Source of the DNA: Eledone cirrhosa
Lineage: Eukaryota
Length of the DNA stretch: 64,000 nt
Reading direction: 5' to 3'
NCBI GenBank assembly: GCA_964016885.1
Contig: OZ024743.1
Span: forward strand, 93,682,001 to 93,746,000
This document shows positions 1-11,796 of this stretch, piece after piece. The notes beneath the pieces were generated by a model, which saw only the letters and a program-made list of their open reading frames with translations, did no database searches and was not told the origin of the DNA. The translations under genes and the position numbers were made by a program. Position 1 is the stretch's first letter. Each line of letters begins with the position of its first letter.

Positions 1-2002
1 CAGGTCTCACTGCCATGTAACATTGCTGTTCGTATGCAGGCATCATACAGCCTGCCTTTCATTTTTAGAGAGAACCCTTTAGCGGCCAATAGTGGTATAA
101 GCTCTCTGAACTTTTTCTATCCCGTTCTGACTCTAGCTACTGTACTTTCAGAGCCCCCTCCCCCACTGCTGATTTTGTCACCCAGGTAACGGAAGCTGTC
201 CACTATTTCTATAGCACCATATGTGCAATGGAATGAGTTAGTATTCTGTGGGCACTTGCTGCTACTTATTGCACCAGAGCACCGGCCACATATAAAATCT
301 ATATCCTTAGTTAGCTTACCTGTGATCCCACTACATCTTTTATGTACCCATACTTTGCATTTGGGACACAAAATGGAGTTTCTGCCTACTCCTTTCCTAC
401 ACACTGAGCATGGCCATTTCCCAGATGGGACCGGTGCCCTATTTTCCTTCCTACAAACTAGAACTTTAGTCTTAGCCAGGTTAATTTTAAGGCTTTTTGA
501 TTTTAGGCCATGCTTCCATGTTTGGAATTTCTTCTCTAGTTCAGCCATTGATTCAGCTATGAGCGTTAGATCATCTGCATATAGGAGTTCCCATGGGCAG
601 CCGGTCTTGAACTCCTCTGTTATAGCCTGAAGGGCAATAATAAATAGTAGGGGGCTAAATGACGGAGCCCTGATGAACACCAACTTTTACGCTAAACTCT
701 TCACTATATTCGTTGTTAATTCTAACCTTGCTGACTGTTTCTTTATACATGGCTTGTATAGCTCTCACAAGCCATTCATCAACACCTAGTTTTCTAAGGG
801 CCCACCAGATAATCGAGCGGGGGACTCTGTCAAAGGCTTTCTCCAAGTCAACACAAGCTAAGTATAGGGGTTTACTTTTAGCTAGGTACTTCCCCTGTAG
901 TTGTCGTACAATGAAAAGAGCGTCTGTTGTACTTTTACCTGACACAAACCCGAACTGCATTTCGTTTAGATCAATTCGCTCTCTGATTAGTTGCGCTATT
1001 ACTTTTTCTGTGACCTTCATGACCTGGTCAATTAATTTAATGCCTCTATAGCTCCCCTATCTAGGGCATCACCTTTACCCTTGTAGCAGTTAATGATGAT
1101 GCTGCTGCGCCAGTCCTTTGGAACATGCATCTTTTCTCGCAATGTCCTCTTCACATTTTTATCCCTAAGACGAGTAGCATTCAATCTTCTGGGCAGGGTA
1201 ACACCAGGTGCCCGGATTTTACGTTCAGTGATTAGTTTCACTTTTGCGCGTACCAGGCGGTGGTCCGTCCAGCACTCAGCTCCACGAAGAGCACGAACAC
1301 ACTGCACATCGCGTCTGTCATACATCCTGACAAGGACGTAGTCCAAAAGATGCCATTCCTTAGATGCAGGATGCATCCACGTGGTCTTAGATTTGTTCTT
1401 TTGCTGGACATGGTGTTGGTAACACACAGTTCCAGCTCCTCACACATCTGCAGCAGGAGCATACCATTGTTGTTACACTCTCCCACCCCATGCCTTCTGA
1501 TTACATTCCATGTGTTAAAATCCCTACCCACTCTAGCATTACAGTCACCAAGCACGATGACCTTGTCTGCCTGAGGGATATTTCTTAAAACACCTTTCAA
1601 GGCATGGTAAAAAGACACTTTTTCTTCATCGACAGAATTCATAGTTGGAACATACACACTCACCAGGGTCGCATATCTTCCTTTGCCCAGCGGAATTCTC
1701 ATGGACATAGACGCTCACTAATCCCCACTGGGAATTCTTCTAATTTATCCACAAGAGCAGTCTTAACAGCAAATCCTACCCCAGCCTCTCTTCTGGTTCC
1801 TTCATCTCTCCCTTTCCAGAAGAATGTATATTCTCCACAAAACTCTGTAAAATTACCATCTCTAGCTAACCTGGTCTCAGATACAGCTACGATGTCAAGA
1901 TCGTAATATCGAAGCTCCTTTGCAACAAGAGCGGTCCTTCGTTCAGGACGTTCCAAGGAATTCCTGTCAAGCAGCGTCCGTACGTTCAGCAGCCAATATT
2001 AA
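1..2002 (-). mobile_element. Degenerate RTE-clade LINE (AP endonuclease plus RT, frameshifted, internally deleted, runs off the window start)
   Basis: ORF pieces give NVRTLLD..DIVAVSETRL, LGDCNARVG and TWMHP..WHLLDYVLVR (endonuclease), then QFGF, DLEKAFDRV, GVHQGS and LLYADD (RT). The EN-RT linker is missing near 1130. Confidence 0.9.
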
Positions 2003-2193
2003 ATGCCTTGTTTGGCTCTATTACAGTGGCACGATGACGAGCGGGCCCAGGCTGTGATACCCTGGGGCCCCTGCCTTTATTGCCAATTATCTCTTTTGTT
2101 CCAGAACCCTTATTGCCAATTATCTCTTTTATATTGTTTTGGAACATCATTGCATTGGGGGGGAAAAAAAGTAATAATAATAATTATTATTGA

Positions 2194-2345
2194 GGATTGG
2201 CAGTATCGGTAGAGGGTCGGACACCATGCTTTCCAGCATAGTTACGTCCCTTTACAATCTGAGTTCAAATCCCGCCGAGGTTGACTTTGCCTTTCATCCT
2301 TACGGGGTCGATAAAATAAAGTACCAGTAATGCACTGGGTAATTG
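2194..2345 (+). mobile_element. tRNA-derived SINE (family A)
   Basis: A-box-like TGGCAGTATCGG, B-box-like GAGTTCAAATCC and body GCCTTTCATCCTT..GGGGTCGATAAAATAAAGTACCAG. At least 7 copies in the window. Confidence 0.85.
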
Positions 2346-2559
2346 CCCGTCCATCACGCAATGTATGTGTGTTTGTGTGAATGTATGTGTGTGTAAAAGG
2401 AAGGAAAGGGATACACACATATATATGTCTAACTTAAAAACAGTGACACACACACGTGTCTCTAATTTAAGAACGCCGACAAATTCACGCGCGTGTACAT
2501 ACACACTGTCCCTATTACCACTCAAGAGCTTTGGCCCGGGCAAACATCCCCTCAATTTT

Positions 2560-3170
2560 GGAACCGTCTGGGTTGTCCTGAATTGATGGGAAAAGACTTA
2601 ATGGTCTTACTCTGTGCTCCTGGTCAAGAGGCAAGTGCCTTATCTGGGACGTCACAGTTAGTTACTCTTTTGCTTCTTCTCACATTCTGGATGTAGCAGT
2701 AAGGGCGAGAGCTACAGCATCTGCAGCTGAACGGAACAAAATCCTAAAATACCGTTTTCTGTCAGCTAACAACATTAGCCTATGGCGTTCGAGATGTTTG
2801 GGGGAGTCGGGCTACTGACAGCGAGGTTCTTATCTTCACTGGCAGCTCGCCAAACAGAGGTAACTGGTGATGCTCATGAGGGCACTTGGTTGTTCCAGCA
2901 CCTCAACCTCACCATCACCCCAGGTATCGCTGCGAGCGTGCTGGCTTGCCTCAAAAATTATTAGAGAGGTTTCCCAGTGCTCCTTGCTATATTGCTATCT
3001 TTTGCTCTGGTAGCGGCTCATTTTCCCACTCTTTTGCCTGCATATTGTTCTGTGGCCTAAGATGTGTGTATTACCTGCTTGTGTATTTTTTCTCTTTCTT
3101 TTTTTCCTTTCCTTTGTATATATTATATTTGTTAGTGTTTTTGTTCTGTAAACATTATATTAAATGAGTT
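2560..3170 (+). mobile_element. 3' remnant of an RLE-type (CRE-like) non-LTR retrotransposon
   Basis: AAERNKILKY, AFEMFGGVG and WLFQHLNLTITPGIAASVL resemble the CRE-clade C-terminal endonuclease region. Related pieces lie at ~8895-8970, 10550-11250 and 12500-12846. Confidence 0.6.
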
Positions 3171-3312
3171 TTTAAAAAAAGAGTTAATAAATAAATAAAC
3201 AGTTAATAAATAAATAAAACGTTGTACTTGTTTTACCCTCCCATTTCCAATTCACCGAACGCTGCTATCATGACTGTATGTGTGTGTTTGTGTAAATGTA
3301 TATGTGTGAATG

Positions 3313-3423
3313 TAACAATATATAGTAAGAAACACAGTAAACCGTGTGTCTAAAATTACAAGGGTTGAAAAACCTTGTAATTTTAGACACACGGTTTACT
3401 GTGTTTCTTACTATATATTGTTA
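3313..3423. repeat. Perfect inverted repeat, ~51-bp arms, 9-nt loop
   Basis: TAACAATATATAGTAAGAAACACAG...TACAAGG / gttgaaaaa / CCTTGTA...CTGTGTTTCTTACTATATATTGTTA. Confidence 0.95.
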
Positions 3424-3989
3424 ATCGGCTCAGTATTTATTTGTACTTTATACTTAGAGCTTAATGGTTACAGGGTTCTAATTAATATATATATGTGTGA
3501 ATGTATGTATGTTTGTGTGAAAGTATGTGTGAATGTATGTGTATTTGTGCGAATTATGTCCGTGAGCGTGTATTTTTATAAGTTTGTGTTTGCGCGATTA
3601 TAGTTATATACTCATAATAGTTACATACTCATACATATAGATGTATGTATGTGCACAATCATACGAGTCAGCAAGTAGAAAATCATAATCTCTCTATCTC
3701 TCTCATCACACACTCTCTCTATCTCTCTCATCACACACTCTCTCTTTCTATATATATGGGAGTTGAAGTGGTGGTGGTGGTGACGATATACCGGAAGTGC
3801 AACTTTGAAAAGAAGTCAATTTTAAATTATATATTTTTACGATATTATTTGTTTACGAAATTTAGTAGATAAATTATGTAATATTCATTCGTTATTTATT
3901 CAAAGTAAGCCAACTTATTTTACCAACTGGATTAAAAGAAATAAACTGTACACAATCCCGCAGACCTTACTTTATTATAGTTTAGATTG

Positions 3990-4135
3990 CTTTACAGCAC
4001 AGAGCTATGGCCCTCTGCGTTCTGAGCTCAAATCCCGCCGAGGTCAACCTTGCTTTTCATCCTCAGTTAAAAAAGGACCAGTAATGTGCTGAACAATCGC
4101 TGGCCCCGTGCCAAAAGCAGTCAAATTATTATTAT
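3990..4135 (+). mobile_element. Degenerate SINE family A copy
   Basis: TCTGAGCTCAAATCCCGCCGAGGTCAACCTTGCTTTTCATCC matches the other copies. Confidence 0.7.
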
Positions 4136-4834
4136 TATAGTTGTTGTTTTCTTAAGGCCCGGTCACTGGTGATGGTGGAAGTGGGTGTGGTGGTGATGGA
4201 GGTGGCAGTTGATGTTGATGTTTGTTTTTTTTCTAGATTTTTTACATATATATATACATGCATATACATATGCATATATATACATACGTATATATACATA
4301 ACGAGGGGGAAGCCATCATGTATAGACATATGAATATATATACATGATGGCTGCCCCCTTGTTATTGAGTATAGCCATTGCATAAAAAAAAAAATAATAA
4401 TAAAAAAATGTGTGTGTATGTATGTGTTTGTGAGTGTATGTATATATGTGTGTCTATATGTATGTATATATGTGTGTCTATATGTATATGTAATATATAT
4501 ATATATATATACATACTCGTATATATATATATACATATACACACACATATATACATACACTCACAAACACATACATACACACACACACACACACACTCAT
4601 ACATATACACACATATATATTAACAATTAATGGTGCTACAATCGAATGTGGCTTTTTCACCCAGCCAATCATCTAAAATGTCTTGCACAATTTGTAATTG
4701 TGAAGCCTCATTTCAATCTCAAAATGTTATGCCTTTTTCAAAACACCGATATACAGCATCTTCCTAAAATCTTAGCACATAGTTATAAATAGTGATATTT
4801 CCTAACTAAAATCTTTTCGCCCTACAGATTAAAT

Positions 4835-4954
4835 AGGAGATTGTCAAAAGAAGGATTGAACTGGTATTTATCAGTGGATATGAAGGGATGAACATATCGA
4901 AAGATAGCAGATGTTTTTAATGTATGTCATCCCAAATTTTAGGGACACCCTGTA
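4835..4954 (+). mobile_element. Tc1/mariner remnant (N-terminal HTH fragment plus right TIR)
   Basis: RIELVFISG..TYRKIADVFNVCHP-like peptide followed by GGGACACCCTG-TA, the reverse complement of TA-CAGGGTGTCCC. Confidence 0.5.
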
Positions 4955-5269
4955 TATAAAATACTGATACAAGCATTTTAATGTGTTTGAACATATATGG
5001 AAACAATTAATCATGCAAGATGTGAGTCCACTGTGTACATATATAACGATGAGTGTCTGGTTTAGAATAGGTACATCATATACCTGTATGTTGTAAGAAG
5101 CAACTAAAAGATCAGGAAGGATATCTGGCTATAAAACATTGCCTAAAAAATCCCATCCAACCTCTGCCAGGATACTTCTAGCTTATCTAAATTTTTTTTT
5201 CCAATGTACACATCTTTTTAAAATGAAATTGCTTTTAAGTATACATGAAGCATTTAATATATTTACTTT

Positions 5270-5510
5270 GCTTCTTCTTCGCCCACTTATTCCTGAGAGG
5301 GTCATGGGGCAGAGTCCTCAAACACTCCTTCCAGTGGGTCCTGCCAGAAGCAACTGTCTCCAACTCATCCAACTGGATCCCCAAGCGAGACCAGCCGAGC
5401 TCATGGAAGTTATCCAACCATCTTGTTCAGGGTCTACCCCTTGGTTTCCAGCCAGTTGGTTTTGCCTGTAAAATCTCACTGCCTTCTTTTGACTGGGAAG
5501 GACTGGCAGT
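5270..5510 (-). mobile_element. RTE-like LINE 3' end remnant
   Basis: RLGIQLDELETVASGRTHWKECL resembles RTE C-termini and ends in a short (GAA)n tract. Confidence 0.45.
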
Positions 5511-6222
5511 TTTCCTCTCTCTGGTGACCATAACACGAAAAACAAATAACCACAGATGAATTGTATGTTATGTATCAGGTATGATGTGTATGTGTGTTTG
5601 CTTGCAAAGGTATTATTAAAAATGCATTTACCAAACTTCTGTTGATGGGATGAATTTTGCTGGCTTGACCGAGAGAGACCAAGGGAGAGAGAAAGAGAAA
5701 GTAAAAGAGAGAGACCCACAGGGTCTGTTTAAAGCAGTGGACTACATCTTAACTGTTAGGAATCAACTCTGCAACTGTCCTCTTTGACTCAGGGAGCAGG
5801 CTATTTATAAATATTCCTTCCTTTGTCTCCGAGACTTGAGAACAAGCAGATGGCCATTTGATATGTCAGTCTCAGACATATTGGCAACTCGAAAAGACAT
5901 CCACAATGTAAACTTATCTATGAGGTCACAGAGGTCATTTACAAACGGAACATTATTTTTAATGTTCGCTATAACCCTTAGGTACATATGTATATATGTG
6001 TGTGTATATAGGTATATATATATGTGTGTGTGTGTGTGCATGTGTGCATACTTACATTTATCTATCAGCTGTGCTAGGGAGAGAAATAAAATTCTAATTT
6101 CATTTTTAATATTTGGCAAGGCCAGCCGTAACTTGCTCGGTATGCAAATGAAGCTACTCAGCCAAAGTGTACTTAAGAAAATACTAAATATTTTCAACCG
6201 TTCAACAGACTGGCAGAGGTAT

Positions 6223-6265
6223 ACAGTCCTGATGAAGGGTAATGACCCAGAAACATGTTGATTGT
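6223..6265 (+). ncRNA. Minimal type I hammerhead ribozyme motif
   Basis: ACAGTC-CTGATGA-a GGGT aatg ACCC a-GAAA-CATGT-T-GATTGT. Stem I ACAGTC/GATTGT, stem II GGGT/ACCC, palindromic stem III ACATGT. Confidence 0.7.
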
Positions 6266-6354
6266 TCCTCAAAGCCCGTGTTGAACAAACACGTGACGAT
6301 CGGTCACCGGCACCGCACAGCCTCAAATCGGACCGTTTATTTACAAACGAATCC

Positions 6355-6543
6355 AGGATTGGCAGTATCGGTAGAGTGTCGGACGCCATGCTTTACAGCA
6401 TAGAGTTACGGCCCTTTATTATCTGAGTTCAAATCCCGCCGAGGTTAACTTTGCCTTTCATCCTTACAGGGTCGATAAAATAAAGTACTAGTAATACACT
6501 GGGATAATTGCTGGCCTTGTGCCAAAAGTAGAAACAATTATTA
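6355..6543 (+). mobile_element. tRNA-derived SINE (family A)
   Basis: Near full-length match to the 35093 copy, ending GTAGAAACAATTATT. Confidence 0.85.
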
Positions 6544-6616
6544 ATGTTCGATATAACCCATACGTACATATGTATATATGTACGTATGTGTATATATATA
6601 TATATGTATATATGTA

Positions 6617-6696
<80 letters not shown>

Positions 6697-6749
6697 TATG
6701 TGTGTGTATGTGCGCATACTTAAACATTTTTTTTTTTTAATATATATAT

Positions 6750-8215
6750 ACTAGCATTAAAGCCCGGCATTGCTCGGGGTCATTAAGTTACCAAAGTTAG
6801 GTTGCACCACCCATTTTATGGCAGCACTTTTTTGTCTGCCAGGCACTGGGTGAATTAATTGCAGACCTGGAAGCAGGAGCTGCGCCAGCAGTGACAATTG
6901 TAGTTTCGCCTATGGATATTATCTCTGTGCAAAAAAGTGTTGAAATTTATTGTTTCACAGAACTTGCGCAACACGCGCGTAGACGATGCCAGCCGAACAA
7001 CAGAGCTGCGATGGAGTTGTGCTGCATGGTTGTTTGTGTGTTTTCTAAATTTAAGACAGTAGGGAGTGGTGTGATATGGGGGAGAGTTAGCTGCTGTTTC
7101 TAGCAGGTTTAGTGACCTCATAGAAGATATGTTTTCTAAATTTAAGACAGTAGGGAGGGGTGTGATATGGGGGAGAGTTAGCTGCTGTTTCTAGCAGGTT
7201 TAGTAACCTCATAGAGGATATGTGTTTTCTAAATTTAAGACAGTAGGGAGGGGTGTGGTATGGGGGAGAGTTAGCTGCTGTTTCTAGCAGGTTTAGTGAC
7301 CTCATAGAGGATATTATTGTTTATCATTATCTATAAAAGGCAGATTGTTGTTGTTGTTGTGTGTGTGCACATGTTCCATGTTTTTACATTTGCACAATTT
7401 CAAACCGATTCGACTCAAAGTCTGTAAGAATCCACGTTCATTGAGAGGTTTTAAAAAAGATTTATCGCTTGTTGTTGAATAAATGTATCTGTTGCTTTTG
7501 AATAATTGTCGTTTCGTATGAAATGTAATAATTGTTTCTACTTTTTTGGCACAAGGCCAGCAATTATCCAGTAAATTACTGGTACTTTATGTAATAATAA
7601 ACGTTCTCTCTCTCTCTCCCTCTCACTCTCTTCTCTCTCTCTCTTCGGCAATCACGCACGTTGTTTAATTGCTTTAAATGTGTGAGTGTGTGTTTGTATG
7701 TGTTTGTAAATAAATCATTAAGTTTGAAGCAACTAAAAGTTAGTGTGGTTATAAATCACGCACGTTGTTTAATTGCTTTAAATGTTTTTTTATCATTTGA
7801 AGTGACTGTGTGTTTGTATGCGTTTGGAAATAAATCAGTAAGTTTGAAGTATAAAAGAGAAAGTAGCAAAATGTGTGGGTTGTAGATAGAGGATAAAGCA
7901 GATGATATGAGAGAGTAAAACGGATAGTATCACCATCAAGCTTGGAAAGAGAAAGTAGCAGAAAGTATGAAGTTGTATAGATTTGAATGGTAATGGAAAT
8001 AGTTTAGCAGTTTAAATGAGAGAGAAAAATCGTAAAATATTGAGTTTTATCTATTTTTCGCGTAATTGTGGGTGAAATTGAAAATATTATATGTGCCAAG
8101 ACGCAATCGAAGCTATTTCGAATACTGAATAGTAAATTTCAATTGAAGAAATTCTATATCGTAGATTTCTATAACAAAGGAGCATGTCCATACACTGAGC
8201 TTTATAAATTATGAT
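6750..8215 (+). mobile_element. Non-autonomous Helentron/HINE-like element with internal ~85-bp tandem repeats
   Basis: Starts ACTAGCATTAAAGCCCGGCATTGCTCGGG (subterminal hairpin) next to (TA)n. Three tandem units at ~7040-7312. A homologous copy starts at 50742. Confidence 0.6.
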
Positions 8216-9305
8216 ACATAGGACACAAAAAAACAACACATTTGATTAATTTGAAACAAATTGTAGCGGCCCCTTACGGCTATAACTCAGCACGTATAGG
8301 AGTTGCGTCCCTTTGTGACGGTCGCGACTCCCAGTGGCAGATCCATGTACTAAATGGAGTTGCATCCCCCTGGGGACTATATATTTGAGAACATCAAGGC
8401 ATTAATTCTCTCACTTCCTGCACCGGCAACCGAAAGGACCACTTGAACCTTACCAAGAGAAGATTTCTGCTCTTCTCTACACACTCCGGTCTGGGAGTTG
8501 TGACCAACTGACCATCAACATGTGGTAAAAATTATTTCTGTTAATTTATTTGACTTATGTGAAGTAAAACCATGTCACAACACTCACCTGCATTTATTGT
8601 CATTCTTAATAATATATATACACTGATACCAACATTATAAAAAATCACAGTTGAAATTCTGATCAACTAAAACTAAAAAGTTTTCATTTCCTAAAATCTT
8701 ACAGGTAATATTTTCCCCCAGCTCTCTGTTTTTCGCTTCTTCTTTTTTTAATATAAGCTGTTTATATAAATTGTGAAACTTTACTGAAAATGGATACTTT
8801 TTTAGGCCCTAAGCACTTAACAGATTACGATGCCCAACTTATATAAAGTCTGTATTTTTTTATTTTTTTTTTAATGGCAGATATATTTAATTTGAGGGAG
8901 CCTGGTTGTTTCAGTGCCTTAGTCTCGCCATCGGTAATGCTGCAAGCGTGTTGGCTCGCCTCAAAAATTTCAGTTGACCCTTATAATTGTTTCGTCCTTA
9001 GGCACAAGGCCAGCAATTTTGGGAGAAGGGAAAATCGATTAAATCGACCCCGCAAGGATGAAAAGCAAAGCTAATGCGGCTGGACAGATTGTCGCACTTA
9101 GTGGTGAATTAATGGTTGTTTTTGTTTCCCTTTTTTTTCTTTCTCTCGCTTTGATCATATATTTTGGTGCATTATATTTGTGAGGTTCCTGGCAATAGTT
9201 AATTGTATTTATTATGTCTATATTTTCATTCTGAAAGAATTGTGAACAATTTTTAATGTTATTTATACAACTGAAAATAAAATAAATACTTTTAATTTGA
9301 ATAAA

Positions 9306-10340
9306 ATAATTGTTTCTACTTTTAGCACAAGGCCAGCAATTATTCCAGTGTATTACTGGTACTTTATTTGGCATTGGTAAAATATAACGTCCGGGAAAGT
9401 GAAACTAATTTTTATGACAAGTGAATGTGTTTGTTTTGTTTTTTTTACACTGAAAATTACGATACAGTTTGTTTATTTACAACAGGTCTCTATAGTGATA
9501 TGGTGTTAATTAGTATTGCGTGTGTGATTATTTTCTCTTATATATATATGTGTGTGGGTGTGTAAATGTGTGTATATATATGTGTGTCTGTATGTATATA
9601 TATGTGTGTGTTTGTATATATATATATGTGTTTGTGTCATCATCATCGTTTAGATGTTTTTGTAATATCTTGCCAAAGTTGGCACCAACTTTCTGTCCCC
9701 CAAAGAAATTAAGGCCGGGTCATAAGAAGGACAGAGAATGATAAAGGATTTGGGTCAGAGATATTGAGGAAATTCAAGGTGGCATTTACCTCCATGATGT
9801 TGTTGTGCACCAACGGAACTTTGTCGATCCTGAAGACCCTAATGTGCACACACAACTCATAGAGAACACTTGGAGCCGTGCGAAGAAAAAGCTCCGTCGA
9901 CAACATGGGACAAGCGACGATTTATTCCCCTCGTATTTAGCTGAATTTCTTTGGCGGCAGAGAGTTGGTGCCAACAAATTTGCGAGATGATCAACTGTAT
10001 TTCAGCTATTTATACGGTTTAATAAGGATGTTGATAAGGTAAGTATAGGATGTTGATAAGGTAAGTATAATTTTCCGTACACACAATACACAAAAAAAGA
10101 AAAAGAAAAAATAATCACACACGCAATACTAAAAAACAAACACATTCATAAGTCATAAAAAGTCATAAAAATTGGTTTCACTTTCCCGGACGTTATATTT
10201 TACCAATGCCCTTTATTTTATCGACCCCGTAAGGATGAAAGGCAAAGTTAACCTCGGCGGGATTTGAACTCAGAATGGCAAGAGCCGTAATCTATGCGTC
10301 AAAGCATGGCGTCCGACCCTCTACCGATACTGCCAATCCG
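9306..10340 (-). mobile_element. SINE family A split by the Merlin insertion (tail 9306-9369, head 10211-10340)
   Basis: Removing the Merlin element and one TSD restores ...ACTGGTACTTTATTTTATCGACCCCGTAAGG.... Confidence 0.9.
9370..10210 (+). mobile_element. Merlin (IS1016/ISXO2-like) DNA transposon, internally deleted
   Basis: ~49-bp TIRs GGCATTGGTAAAATATAACGTCCGGGAAAGTGAAAC, 8-bp TSD CTTTATTT (9362-9369 and 10211-10218), and a transposase C-terminus HQRNFVDP..VHTQLIENTW..SYLAEFLWR at 9805-9990. Confidence 0.92.
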
Positions 10341-10549
10341 CAAATAATACCCCTCTTGCCTTGACACGCAGAGCATGTGCTTATTTTGCTTAATAGTTAA
10401 TTCAGCTCTGTCCAGATCCCATACATATACGTTCCGAAAATGTTTTGCTCAAGACTATTCTGATGGAGAAAATCATTTGTAAAAGAAACATTTCATTTCT
10501 AGAATCTGAGATTTGAATTTCAGTTAGTGAGAGATAAGGGTCAACTTTT

Positions 10550-11250
10550 ATTCACATTGTATAAATAACATTAAAAATTGTTTATAATTCTTACAGAATG
10601 AAAATATTGCTAGGAACCTCACAAATATAATGCACAAAAATATATGATCACAGCGAAGAGAAAAAAACAAAACAGAAACAACATTTTTGAGGCAATCTAA
10701 CACCTTCGCAGCATTACCGCTTGTAATGGCAGGGCTAAGGCACTGAAACAACCAGGCACCATGACGGGCTCCGACTGACACCACTGTAAGCCGCTAACGA
10801 TGACAAAAACTTCGCTGTCAACCAAACGTCTCGAACGCCACAGGCTGGAAAAAGTAGTTATTTGATAATAACACGTTGACAATAATTTAGCCCCACTATT
10901 TAAGATAGCCGAAGTGTAAATGAAAACGAAAAGATAAAGAACAAAGTGAGCAAAACTATAATTAACAAACTCTGAAATAAATTACATAACTATAGTCCTT
11001 AGGTCTTCCACAACATATCTAAAGTAGACAAAGTGTGAGAAATGACAAGGTTGGACAACGGCTTAAAATACTTCACCACAACCAGTCCAGATACTTAATT
11101 TTTCTTGTTCAAACGATACGGTAGTTGATTTTTAATTCAAACTGTCTGCTGTAGAGACTGCTCCCCGAACGGAGTTGGTTACCCGCGAGTTGGAGTGGCT
11201 GTTCCAAGACCACGAAGCGGGCAGACCCTCTTAAACAGCGATTAGTAAAT
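10550..11250 (-). mobile_element. CRE-like non-LTR 3' remnant
   Basis: AWLFQCLSPAITSGNAAKVLDCLKN is homologous to 2782-2964. Confidence 0.55.
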
Positions 11251-11563
11251 ACAGATCACACATACACAGAGTGAATTTGGTAGACAGAAACTAGTGAGTT
11301 AAAAAAAAAAATGAATATCCAGTACCATTCTTATTGTACATATGTAAACAAACCCACTAACCCACTGTCATGCCGCAGCACCACACATGTGCAAGGTAAA
11401 AGAAAGAATTATCCGAATTCGATATGAGTACTAAAATATACAGGTCGATTCAGTGAAGCATAACGAATATAAAATAGTAGTTTTTTTCACTGGCTTGCCA
11501 AAAAATGATGCCGGAGGATCGAACTAGGAGCATAGTAAAAAAAAGAAAAGAAACTTTACTTAC

Positions 11564-11796
11564 GAGATATTTGATAAAATAGTTTTCTCTGTTGTCTTTC
11601 CGCATAATGGGGGTTTTTTCGTCCTTATTACATAACCGATATCATGAATACTAATAACAGTTTTGTGGCTTAAACTAGAATTTAGGGAGTCGTTACTGCT
11701 ACTGTTCAGATTTTCTCCAACGAAACATGGATTTTCAAAAGCTGAATTTGGTTCAGAGATATTCCTATAAACACCATTAGGTGCTTCTATATCCAT
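11564..11796 (-). CDS. ABCG2: First coding exon of an ABCG-family half transporter (ABCG2-like)
   Basis: MDIEAP...VISIHDIGYVIRTKKPPLCGKTTEKTILSNIS resembles human ABCG2 VLSFHNICYRVKLK..PCRKPVEKEILSNIN. The exon ends at a canonical GTAAGT donor (11563-11558), phase 2. The symbol denotes family similarity, not proven orthology. Confidence 0.8.

Noticed and set aside
2194-2275. tRNA-like sequences at SINE heads
   Set aside because: A and B boxes are present, but there is no complete cloverleaf and each is fused to a SINE body.
4135-4672. Many YIYI/CVCV-type ORFs here and throughout the window
   Set aside because: They are translations of (TA)n, (CA)n and (TACA)n microsatellites.
5868-5900. SDILATRKD peptide resembling ABCG2 LDVLAARKD
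   Set aside because: Wrong strand relative to the ABCG exon, and the similarity does not extend.
7040-7312. Regular repeats as a possible CRISPR array (also 62960-63320)
   Set aside because: Head-to-tail units without unique spacers, no cas genes, eukaryotic context.
8262-8620. Possible solo LTR (TGTAGCGG...TACA)
   Set aside because: No matching TSD, partner LTR or PBS found.
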